This document shows, piece by piece, positions 11,850 to 23,180 of a stretch of 64,000 bases of DNA (position 1 is its first letter; the number at the start of each line of letters is the position of its first letter). The stretch comes from Geosiphon pyriformis uo1 (Eukaryota > Fungi > Glomeromycota). Location: positions 62,001-126,000 of the forward strand of contig JAAOMT010000012.1 of assembly GCA_016748015.1 (NCBI GenBank), written 5' to 3'. The translations under genes and the position numbers were made by a program. The notes under the pieces were generated by a model. It was given only the letters and a program-made list of their open reading frames with translations, was not told the origin of the DNA and searched no databases.

Positions 11850-12285
11850 TTGTCCAGTTGAACCAAAACCTTGAGTTCCTCTTTCATTTTTTCCCAATTG
11901 TTCTCTGTTGTTTACTGATTGTAAACCTGAAATGTTGATTAAAGGTAAGTAAATTGCTTGAGCAATTTTTTCAGCATGTTCAATTTTGAATGGTTTGTCT
12001 GTCTCATTTTGTAACATGATGGTAATATCTCTAGTGTATCCTGCATCTATAACTCCTCCTCTAATATTGATTTCTTTGCTTGCCAATGATGATCTGAAGG
12101 CAATTTGAACCATTGCTCCTGGTGGTATTTCAAGAGCAATTTTGAGATTGATTTTTGTTAAGGACTTTGGTTGAAGAATCAAAGTATCTTTTCCTGAGTA
12201 TTTTAGGTCATATCCAGCATCAATTTCATGTGTTTTTTCTGGTCTGATTCCTTGGCCATGGTTGTCAAAATATTTAAGTTGTAGA
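11850..12285 (-). CDS. Trimeric dUTPase domain embedded in the Gypsy polyprotein
   Basis: All five motifs are present: DAGYDL, RSSLA, GGVIDAGY, IAQAI, RGTQGFGSTG. Confidence 0.93.
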
Positions 12286-12289
12286 AGTA

Positions 12290-13195
12290 GTTGCTTTTCA
12301 AGAAGATAAATAGGAGTAGTTGGTAGTTCTTCTACTAGTTCAGATATTCCAAATTCGATTTTATTTTCATTATTCTCATCTGGCAGAGGAATGCTTAGAG
12401 CATAACATTCTAAACACTATTGGTCATCACAAGGCATAACACATTCTTCACACAATTGAATGTTTATTTGCTCTAATCATTGAATTTGAGCTTCTTTGGT
12501 CAGATATATGTGGCTTGCAATTTGGTGGTAGGTTTCTATTTTATCTTCATAATCAAATCCAGCTAATTCCATGGTATACTCAATGTATTCAGCTTCTTTT
12601 ATTTGGCAGACATCTTCTTGGGTGGCTCTATTGATTAATGCCATTGCTAAGTCAAAAATCATTTCAGCATCATAAGGGTAGTGGTAAAGTTTATTGAGAG
12701 CACTGTTGTATGCTGCATCAAATGGTGTTTTTTTTCTGACTTTTTCCGAAATTGATAGAGCATATTGACAGGTCTGATCACATACTCCTCCTCTCATTGC
12801 TACATCAATCCAATTGTATTCTTCTGGTAGCCTTTCTCCACAAGTAAGGCAAGGAGTTTTGTCCTATTTTCCATTTCTCTTTGGGGATCCAAATCATTCT
12901 CTATAGCATGCCTTGCAGAAGTAACAAGTGTGAGTTTTGTATTCCTCTTTTGAAAAAATACAGGCTCCCATAAATGAAAGCTTTTTTTTGCAATCTTTGT
13001 ATTTTAGTGGAATGTATAGTGGTTTTTTTCATAGTTCTGGTGTGGAATATCTAACTTTTTTTCATTCTCTTGATTCTTTAAAAATCTCTTGTTTTGTTTC
13101 CTCAGCCCAATTGGATGGTGATCCAAGAGCCATGTAGGTTTCAGTGAGTAGCATTTTCTTCTCTTCTTCAAATTCAAATACTGGAGCTTTTTCTG
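12290..13195 (-). pseudogene. ~300-aa Cys-rich domain of unknown function between protease and dUTPase
   Basis: In-frame CYFCKAC, CLTC, CDQTC and CEECVMPCDDQ.CLEC, with scattered stops. Confidence 0.6.
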
Positions 13196-13196
13196 A

Positions 13197-13620
13197 TCAT
13201 TTGTTAAAAGTACTACAAGTTGCAGGTATTATGGTATATTGTTCTTGGTATGAGATTTTAAGTTCTTGAGTTTTCCAGTTCAGGTTTGCATTAGTCTTGA
13301 GAAGCCAATCATTTCTGACTAAAGCTTGGTATTGGGGTGCATTCATAACAAGAACTTTAACTGGAATGGTGATTCCATCAATTGTAAAAAAGAAATCATC
13401 AATTTCTCTTACTGGAGTTTTCTTTATATCATCAGCTGTGACAATAACTGTTTGAGCTGGTCTGTTTATGTTTTGTTTGAGTTGTTGCATCAGCTGGTAA
13501 GTGATAATACTTTCAGCCGATTCACTATCTAAAATTAAGCAAATAGGTTTTCCTTTCACTATAGCTTCTGTATACATAGCAGTAATTGCTTTCTGTTCAT
13601 TGACTGCTGCATTACTAAGC
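13197..13620 (-). pseudogene. Retropepsin-type aspartic protease of element B
   Basis: CLILDSESAESII (D-S-G mutated) ... YQALVRNDWL (ILGxDWL-like). Confidence 0.85.
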
Positions 13621-13899
13621 AGAAATGGTGATTCATTTGCTTTAAATTTAAATAGAAATATATCTAACAGATTGGCATTTTGGGCAATTTGAGCTGGTGG
13701 AATGGTGTGGTTGGAAGGGTTTGATTTTGGTGCTGCAACTTTACTTTCAGAAAGTGCAGTTTGTTGAAAATCCGATTCCTCTGGTATTGTAAGATAACTG
13801 GGTTGAGTGTGATAGTGATTGGGTCTTTGCTGACCAGAATTTCGGGGAACCAACTGGTTATTTGGATTGATTCTGTTGTTGTTATTCTGCAATTGATTT

Positions 13900-16340
13900 T
13901 AAAGTGTGAATTGGTTATGTTAAACCAATCTTCTTGCTAGTACTTGATATTGTTAAGTGAATGGTGTCTGATATGGCTAAATTGGTAAAGATTGCTGATA
14001 TTGTTGCTGTATTGATTGTGGAGCTGGTGGATAGTAACTGTTTTGATTTTGTGGTCTTAGTGAATAATAGGTTGGTGGTGGAGATTGATAATAAGATTGT
14101 TGTAGTAAAGAGTAATATTGATTACTCCTGTTTTGTTGGTTTTTTTGTAATTTTCTAAAATCTTGTTTCCAGTGTCCTGGAATTCCACAATAATGACAAT
14201 TTTAAGATTGGTTGTTGGATGGTAATTCAAAATTGTTTTGGTTGCATCATTGTGGGAGTTGATATCTTTGTGATTGTTGTTGCTGCTGTTGTTGGTTTGT
14301 AAAGTAGCTTTCAACCTTTTTCGTGAGTTGGTCTATCTTCTCTTCAGCTGCTGAGCTGGTTTCTCCAATTGCAAAATTTACAAACTTGGTGTGATTTGCT
14401 TTTTTTATTGCCATTTCTTAGCTCTTTGCATGTCTAATAGTAGTTGCTAAGTCTGCTAGAGCATGTAGATAGACTTTCTTAATCAGTTTGTTTTTTAATT
14501 CTGCTATAAACTGATCCAGAATTTGAGCATCAGAATAGTAGTCATTGGTTTCCAATTGTTGGATTTGTCTAAGAAGTTTGTTAAATCTTCCCATATAGGT
14601 CATAACAGTTTCAGATGTTTCTTGTTTGATATTGCAAAAGCAGTTTCTGAAAGTGATAGAGGTATTGTTATTAGTGAATTGTTGTAGAAAAGCATTGTTA
14701 TGGTTAAAATCCATAATTTTTATTAGTTATCACATGTATTAGCCACTAATGTCATATAATTAGCCACTCTATTTTTAGATAGTAATCATTGACCTGATCA
14801 ATGACCTGACCATTAATCTGATTATTGACCTGATCATTGATCTAGTCATTGACCTGATCATTGACCACTTTCATTAGCTATATAAGCAATCAGTCTCTTA
14901 GCAGTAGAAAATCATCTCTCAGACAAGAATCAAATAAATAAAAATAACAATTTTCATCTTAATCACTCTCTTATCACTAATTTCCCTTTCTCTACCTTTA
15001 AGTATCCGAACATTTTAGGATAAAAAGATTACTTGTTGGCCTTTTTCTGTTTGAATAATTGTAGTATTTGAAGACTATTTATATAAATGTGACTGAAGAA
15101 CACAAATTAATACCTGTTATTGAATTTTAAGAGCACTAACGTGAGGCATAGAATTATACCAGTAGTTATCAATTGTTGACAGTACAGACTATCCCTCTAT
15201 CTTCAGATTCTTTTGTTATCTTTTGAAAAGAATAGCAACTAAGATATTTTATGAGACTGATCTTGCACATTGAATCCATACTCATTCAATTCACTCATTG
15301 AAGTTGAATCCCCTTTGATTATTTCCATTACCCTACAATCTTGTTCTCTCTTGCTATCCATTAGCTTGTTACTCCAACCCATAACAGCATCTTTAAATAC
15401 TTGCCAGTTTTCAAATAGTTCTTCTAAATTTTCAAACCATTCTTTTGCTGTTCCTTGAAGAAAGTAGGAAATTGTTTTAAGCATTCTTGCTACAATTCAA
15501 CCATTTGCATCTCCTGTTTTTTGAACTTTGTTAAGCCATTCTTGAGGACTGGTATCATTGTCTTCACTAGTGAATTCTGGAATTTTTGCAATGTAAGCAG
15601 TTGCCATTTTTTCTTCATTTCCTGTGATTTCTTCTGGTTCTGATTTAGTTTCTTCACTTTCCAAGCTTTCTGAATGATTACTTTCGTTTTCCTGTAAGTA
15701 ATCAATGATATTGGCACTTGTTGATATTGGTTCTTATTGTTGAGTAGAATTTCTAGGTGACTGAAAATCTTCTGGTCTGGAGAAACAGTTAAGTAGTGAA
15801 CTTGGTGTTTGTAATTGAACAAGTGAAATTGAAAATAGTGTAATAGAAAGTGGTAATTTGACACTGGTTCCTTGTTCAGGTGTTTGCAAGTGTTTGGCAG
15901 TTGTCTTTAATAGTATTGGAATGTTTGGAGTGGTTCTTGAGTATTGTTTTACTTTTTGTTTGTCTTTGTTGCTTGTCTCTGTTTCTGATTCAAAGTTAAA
16001 AGAGTATTTGGGCTGTACTGGGTATTTTTCTTTACAGTACTCAATAATATTAAAATTAAGTTTTTGGAAGTAAGTAACAAGTGTTTTACTGTTCAGGTCT
16101 TCTGTTCCCAATTGTGAATAGTGCACTAAATTATTGTAGAGGTTGCTTCTAACTTCTGAAATGTTGTAGTTTCCAAAAAAATAATTGTTGATGCAATTTT
16201 CAATATATTGGTATACTGATTTCTTAACAACTTCAATTCCGTCTGAGATGTTGAATCTTTGCTTGTAGTGAGTGTAAATTGACTAATGATACTCTAAAGT
16301 AGTTGTGTTTGGTGTGGTTGCCACTTTGAATTTGTTGTTG
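13900..16340 (-). pseudogene. gag of element B (capsid-like region and CCHC knuckle), interrupted by a nested solo LTR
   Basis: FLQGTAKEWF, KQETSETVMTYMGRFNKL, CHYCGIPGHWKQDF. FKDA|FLQQF rejoins across the insertion. Confidence 0.8.
14696..15386 (+). mobile_element. Nested solo LTR (family D, 691 bp) with 12-bp TTGACCTGATCA repeats
   Basis: TGTTATGG...CCATAACA termini and a perfect GCAT TSD (14692-14695 / 15387-15390). Confidence 0.9.
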
Positions 16341-16350
16341 CTGTGTTATT

Positions 16351-16367
16351 TCCATGGGAGAGCACCA
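16351..16367 (-). promoter_or_regulatory. Primer-binding site of element B (TGGTGCTCTCCCATGGA)
   Basis: TGG lies 2 nt inside the 5' LTR, complementary to a tRNA CCA end. The tRNA identity was not determined. Confidence 0.75.
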
Positions 16368-16369
16368 AA

Positions 16370-17378
16370 TATTACCAGAGGTTTTTGGTCTCTTTTTTTG
16401 AATATTGTAAATGTCTGTTGGTTGCAAATTCATGTTTTCTAAAAGTAGTTGAATTTCCAATAACTGAATTTATCTTCAAATTATCTTCTATAATTTGAAC
16501 TTGCTGGGCTTATAAATGGAATAGCCAATTTCTTGCCAGTTACTTTATGTAGTTACGTTGTAGTAAATGTCAACTCTTTCCCAGGAATTGCTTGTCTGGA
16601 AGCTCACTAAAAATGTGTAGTTACTTTGCTGTGAAAGTCAACTCTTCTACAGGAATCTTGTCTATAGACTACCCTAATGATTGTAATAAAAAAAGAAAAA
16701 AAAAAGAAAAAAAATGTAAAAGAAATTGAATTCTGTTAAGGAAAACGTTTTCTATCCAGGCCTGAGGTCACTAACAGTTTACTGAAATTGGTAGCTAATC
16801 AATTTCAAAATGTTAGTTGAGTTTTGGGGATTTTCCAAGTGCAATAATTAAAAAATTTGGTTTTTCAAATTATTTGATATTTTTTTTTTGTGTGTGTAGG
16901 AATGGTTCTAAGTAATAAATCTAAATTAAGATATATTTTCTTGAAAAAAAAAGCTCTTTTTTTATACAACTTGTTGTAGTACTAGTCTATGAACTTGCAC
17001 TTTTTCTTTTTGCTCAAATTTCAGTGAACTAAAGATATATTTTGATGAATTACAAGTTATTTTGCTGAACTATTGATTAATTTGGATGAACTATTCATAA
17101 TTTCGGCAAATTTCTATAAATTTTGGTGAATTTCATATAAATTTCGGCGAATTTCTGTAAATTTCAGCAAATTTTTGAATATTACAAAGTTCAGAGTATT
17201 GTGTAATTTGATCATTTTACTTTCTGTTGTACTAATTGGATTATTAATTGAATTGTAATATGTAATAAATTGATTAAATAATAAGTGGTAATTTGAATTG
17301 ATATTAATATGTTAATTACTGATAGGAATTATAAGAATAATTTCATGCTAATTAATAGCTAAAATTCTACTAGTAACA
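16370..17378 (-). repeat. 5' LTR of element B (1009 bp)
   Basis: Near-identical to 6754-7724 apart from transitions and two extra ~19-bp tandem units. Confidence 0.93.
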
Positions 17379-18491
17379 ATGCACTATTGGCCTCCATTCA
17401 TACTTTATGAAAGCATTGTATCACTGTCTTCCTGTTGTAGTATGCAAGCAGTTTTATAATAGATGTTATCCTAGTGTGGTATGTTTGTTTTATAGAGATG
17501 TCGAGGTCTTGGACCATGTTTTCCCATGCCCTTTTGATGCTGTTGATCACATCCATTTGATGAAAGCTTATGTGTCAGCATGGGAGTCATGCTTGAGTTT
17601 ATCTTATTCTTCTTCTTGTATATTACAGTTATTGTATGCTTGTGTTTCCAATGTTGCAGTTGGTATTGCTTTGTGTAAGGGCTTTGTTTTCAATAATTGG
17701 TATCATGAATCTGCTTCTGTTTTTAAAGACTCTAAAGTTGCAGCTCAAAATATTGCGTCCTTTGTGCACAAATTCTGTCTTGCTTTCTAAGATGATATTT
17801 GGCTGGTGCATGCTAAATACCAGGCTATTATAAAAAAAAGTGGCTTGATCCTACCTGATGATTCTGTTCCTGTCTTGGTTTCTGGTCTTCCAGTAGTGTT
17901 GTCAGCTAGTGTGGTTAGATTATTGGGTATTGCTGATGCATTTGGTATTAGTTTCGGGTTTCGTAAGTCTTGTCAGTTTTTCTCAGATATTGGGGATATG
18001 GTCTCGGTTTATATAGGTGATTAATGTTGTCTTGATTGGTCTGAATGACTGGTTACGTGTAGCAAATGCATAATTCACACCTAGTTTAGATCATAATTAT
18101 AATGTATAGTACTAGACCACATTTGGACTTCACTCATTAAATGATTAAAAAAAAAATTTTGTAAATATTAATGTAATTTTTAATAAAATTTGTATTATAT
18201 TTTCTAAAATTTTTTAATAATATAATTTATTGTTTTTTTAATTAAATTAAATATTTTTTTTTGAAATAAATTTTAAAATAAATAATTAAAAAAAATTAAA
18301 AAATTCAAACAAGTTAATTAAATTTTTACAAATTAATTTTTAAATTATTATTATTATTATTTATTTTATTTTATTTTAACAAGTGAGATCCAAACGTGAC
18401 CTAGTGCCTTACATCATACAAATGATCTAAACTAGGAGCAAATCATGTGCTTTCTATACATGACCAGCCACTCAGGCCAGTCAGGACTACA

Positions 18492-21400
18492 CTATACACC
18501 TATATGCACAGAAACCAAATCCCCAATACCTGAAAAAAACGGACAAAACTTATAAAACCCGAAACCAACTCCAAAAGCCTCAGCCATACCTAGCAATCTA
18601 ACTATACCAGCTAAAAAAACCATAGACAAACCAGAAACCGAAGCGAGAGCAGAGCCGTCATGTGGAATCAAACCGTGCTTTTCCATAAATGCCCGGTGCC
18701 TGGTGCGGACCAACCAAATGTCATCCCGAAACGCAAGACAGAACCCATGTACAAAATCCACAATTTTACTAGCCCCAATCTCAGAATCCTTGAAAACCAA
18801 GACAGATTCATGATACCAATTGTTGAAAACAAGGCTCTTATACAGAGCAGCACCAATCTCAACCTTGGAAACACAGGAATCCAACAGCTGCGAGACATAC
18901 GAAGAAGACCGAAACAGACCAAAAAGAGCCACCCAAGCCGAAGCATGAACATCCAACAATTGGGCATGACCAGTGGCATCATGAGAACAAGAAAAGACAT
19001 GATCCGAGATCTCAACATCACCACAATACAAATACATTACACTGGAGTACCCCCTATCATACAAACGCTTACACACAGCAACTGGGAGCCGACAATAAAG
19101 AGCCTTCATAAAGTAAGTCTGAAAGCCAGCCATACGCACATTAGTGAAACCAGCAGCCAAGTGAGAATTGGGGTGCCATACCAGGAAAGACTTGAACCAA
19201 TTAATATCAGCACACAAACCATCTGCCACAACCCAAGAGCCAGACCCAACTTCTCAGCAAGTGCGATGAACCGAACTGAAAACATCACAAACAAAATGTC
19301 TAGAATTACCAGAAACCGCAGTACCACCTATCTTCAAAAAACATTCGCCGACCAAATGAGGCAGGCGCCAAGCAGAAAAAGCGGCCTCCTTAGCAAGTGC
19401 ATCAGCACATTCATTGCCTGGGATGTCTGAATGACCCCTAACTTTAATCTAATTCACTTCCAAATTCTTGTGATGAATGACATTAGCTATGTGATGGTGC
19501 TCAATCCAACAACAGTTCCTAAAATCCAGATAAACCAACAAAGACTCCAACTTGCATGCATCTACAGCAGCTTGGCTGTCCGAAAACAAGTCAACTGACT
19601 GAAAAGAGGGAATACACTCAAGAGCCAAAGCAATTGCCTGTAATTCCATTAGAGTAGAAGAAACCAAACCAAACACCCTAACACCCAAACCCAAGTTAAT
19701 GTCCTCAAAGAAAATGGCAGCACCTGCTTTCATGTCAACAGTGCCCAGACCACTTAGAGACCCATCCGTATACACAGACAGACGAGCGGTATTAACGGTC
19801 AGCAGAGTGTCACAAAACACACCAAAACCATAAGACAGATGAACATCAGAACCAGCACAATTCTCTACAAAAGAGAGACAAATAGAAAGAGGAACAACAC
19901 TACCAAGAAATTAAACGGAGAGATCAAACTACAAAGAGACTGGGCCACAAGGGTTCAGTCTCTTCCAACGCTTGAAGGTTCCCCAACTGAAAACATCCCC
20001 ACTACAGTCATGAAGTTGTTTCACAAAAGCAATCTCATAACACCTGAGTGAAAAAACACACTTGAAAAAATAGTGTTCACCAAGAACCAGAGACATAGGA
20101 GTACCACCCTGATGGCAAAAAACACAAGTCAGAGAGCCATCCAAAGACAAATCATACTCAGAAAAGATATGAACCACACCCGCCAAAAAATTATTCAAGG
20201 GACTGATACTAATACAAACCAGAAACAGCAAGGGATGACAAGAATGCCAGCTGAGAATCTGGAGGTTATGAGACCTATAAGAGAACAAGCAATCCAAGAC
20301 ACCAGTAGAATTCACAAAAGCAACAATAGAGGCCAATTTACTCTCAGCCTGGATTTGTTCGAAGATCTTTAAATTGTACAAAAAGAGGTGATGAAGCGCA
20401 TCACTGGGGAAATCACATGGCAATCCAGACTTAGACTTCAAAATCTTGTGTACCAGAGCATCCCATTTATTACAAACACCAACAAAAATGAAACTGAACT
20501 GAGTCCTGTAGCTGATAATAGGAAAAAGAACTGCAGACAAAAAATATGCATATTGTTTGTCCAAAACTGTCTTCCTTAAAACAAGGTTCACAAAAAACCA
20601 TACATCCATCTGAGCTTTAGCCAAGCTAGGCTTCAAAAAACCCTTAGAAAACAAAAAAATATTCAGATAGCGATGAGATTCCCCCTTTTTGGCAATGGAA
20701 ATGGGCGAGCCACTAATAGTTAAACATAGGTTTATCATCTGGCAGTTAATAGAAATGGCAACCATCTTGTCATTATTTATAGAAATGTTATTGAACCTAA
20801 AAAATTTACTAGCAACATTAAGGATGTGTTGAGTAGCAGTCTGACTGCTACCAACCCAAATAGTATCATCAATGAAAGCACCAGCAGCGAGAAAGAAAGT
20901 CAGTCCAGCTTGAGGATCTACTTGGCCAGTTTTGGAAATAATATAAGAATTCAATCTGTAACCACACACACTCTCCTGTCTCTTGACCTCGCACAAAAGT
21001 GAATCATAAAAAATATGCCAGAGAAGGAACGAGAAAACTTTTCTCTGATCCAGCCCATCATGGACACAATATTCATTAGTCAAGCCAAAGTTAGTTATTA
21101 CTCTGTTGATGCAACTATTGTGAATACTGCCAAAAAATCTAATAAACCTGTTACACATCTTGATCCTGACCAGACTTCTCCTAAGATGTTCCCAACCAAC
21201 TGAGTCATAAGCTTTGTACATGTCTTGTAAAACTAGCCAAAGTTCACGGTTCTTCTCCAAGGCATTCTCAATCACAGAACCGATAGCAAAAATGGGAGAT
21301 TGCATCATTATATCTTTCAAAACAGAAAAATTATCTCCATGAAGGACCTCAAAAGTACTGCAAGCCAATGAAATTCTATCTGAAAGGATCTTGGAAAGAA

Positions 21401-23180
21401 TTTTGCAAGCCGTTTCAATTAAAGCTATAGGACAGGTGTTCATGAGAACTCCCTCCCATTCATATAATTTAGGAATCATTGAAATCCAAGCTTCTTTCCA
21501 TGGCCCAGGAACTGATTCACCAACCAAACAGGAATTCAAAAGCACCAAAAGCATATCCAAAACTGATTTGTCACAATGTTTCCACAATTTGTTGGAGATA
21601 CCAGAAAGACCAGCTGCCTTTCCATCAGAAAGATCCTTGACAACAGTCAACAATTCATCTAAATTAATCAAACACATAACATCAAAGAAAGCACTATTAA
21701 ACACATAATCCAGAGGCCGATATTGACAGGCCCAATCCTCAGAAATGTCAGATATCACCTTATGCTTTCTGGTCTATTCCTCCATAATTTCGTCTACCTT
21801 AGATTTAACCAAATCAGGCTTTAAAACCAACTTATCTTCTACAACCAGATGATTCAGGACCACTTTGCAAAAAGGACACTCCAAAACGCTCCTAATAGTG
21901 TGACCCTTGTTCAGCTCAAAACTTTCCATTCTCTTATCAATAGCCTGCTTGATCGAGGACTTCTCAGTGTGCTTGAATTCCAATAATTTGGAAAAGCAGT
22001 ACAATTTTCTTGCTTTGGCCAGCACAGAACAAATAAGATCAAAATTAGAACCTGAAAAAAACAGAGACTTAACCACCGAAGCACCAGAGGAGTCGAGTCT
22101 GTGCCACACCTCCAACAAAGAAGCAAAACCATCACTAGAATCCAAACGCAAAGCCTTAACCAACTTAGAAACCAGCAGCTCCAGTTTGTGAAACCTAGAG
22201 GAAGTCTTGGTAAACACATCATCAAAACTTTTGAACCATTTTTTCTTAAATGTACCACCTACTGAAAAAACCATGACCTTGTGAACAATGTCCCACATAG
22301 CGTCTATATCTGAAAATTTCACTGCCACACCAAAAGCATCCGAGAACATAGAAACATTAGCAGCTGAAGCATCTTTGAACTCCAACCACCTAGTTTCATT
22401 GGCACTTTTGATGTCAAACTTCCAACAATCTCTATTTGCTTGTGTGCAAAGAGAATTCAAGCACATATTCAAAAGTCCACCCAAACCCAAAGACACTGAA
22501 ACAGCTTGATGGTCCATGTCAAAATGCTCACTGACATTTAAAACCCCACGATCCGCTATCGCATTGACCAGATTCGGAGAGACAAACACGTAATCAATTG
22601 TTTTTTTAACACCCCTAGAATTTTCCCAAGTGGGCATTTTTGCAGCCGGGCTACCGACTAAAAAATTGACCAGACCCAAATCAAAGCATTTTTTAAAACT
22701 CACACTCTTATGAGAACCGTCTTCATTAAAATCACCCCCGAGAATGACGAAAGAAGATTCATTAACAGCTCTCACAATAAGAAAGTTGATCTCATCAGTC
22801 TGAGAAAACCATACCACCAAAGAAGCACCAGCGTAAAGCCCCAGAATTAATACTGAGAGCTTATTCTTGAAAAGTAATTTAACAGACAAAAGCTGGCCAG
22901 GCACTTCAGAAACCTTGCACATATGTCTTGCCAAAGAAGAGTCCATGACAACCATCACACCAGCACCCAGATATCCAAAATCCAAACCAGAGGTAAACAC
23001 CTAAACACCATCAAATCTGTTGATGATCCAGGGACAAACCTTATCCTTCAACTTCGTCTCAGTAAAAATAGAAACCAAATTGCCCATGTCTTTGTGCCAA
23101 CAAACTATATTGTCCTGCTTTGTAGGATTGTTCATTCCCCTAATATTGCATGTGGCAATTTTCCAAATATAACTGGTCAT
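18492..23180 (-). pseudogene. LINE ORF2 (endonuclease, RT, RNase H, C-terminal CCHC)
   Basis: Colinear ORF blocks 23001-23180, 21774-23000, 19929-21758, 19449-19820 and 18492-19229, separated by premature stops or frameshifts. Confidence 0.92.

Larger units (their letters stand above)
6754..17378 (-). mobile_element. Full-length, decayed Ty3/Gypsy element B carrying dUTPase, a separate integrase ORF and ORF3
   Basis: Two near-identical LTRs (6754-7724, 16370-17378), TSD ACGC/ATGC, PBS, PPT, and domain order gag-PR-(X)-dUTPase-RT-RH-IN. Confidence 0.95.
4129..18156 (+). mobile_element. LINE copy 1 (5'-deleted; RT, partial RNase H, CCHC, 3' UTR) split into 4129-5510, 6477-6753 and 17379-18156 by two LTR insertions
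   Basis: MHKAYDSVGWEHLR, WIKVKGH..NE|RADAL and GFTSTR|TIGLHSYFMKALY read continuously across the insertions. Homologous to the - strand LINE. An internal deletion near 5318 removes the N-terminal half of RNase H. Confidence 0.9.

Noticed and set aside
17020-17180. Repeat-spacer-like ~19-bp units resembling a mini-CRISPR
   Set aside because: Units are too short and degenerate, lie inside an LTR in a eukaryote, and there are no cas genes.
18660-19430. 256-aa antisense ORF in the LINE
   Set aside because: Explained by the G/T-rich codon bias of LINE ORF2 (few antisense stops); no recognisable motifs.
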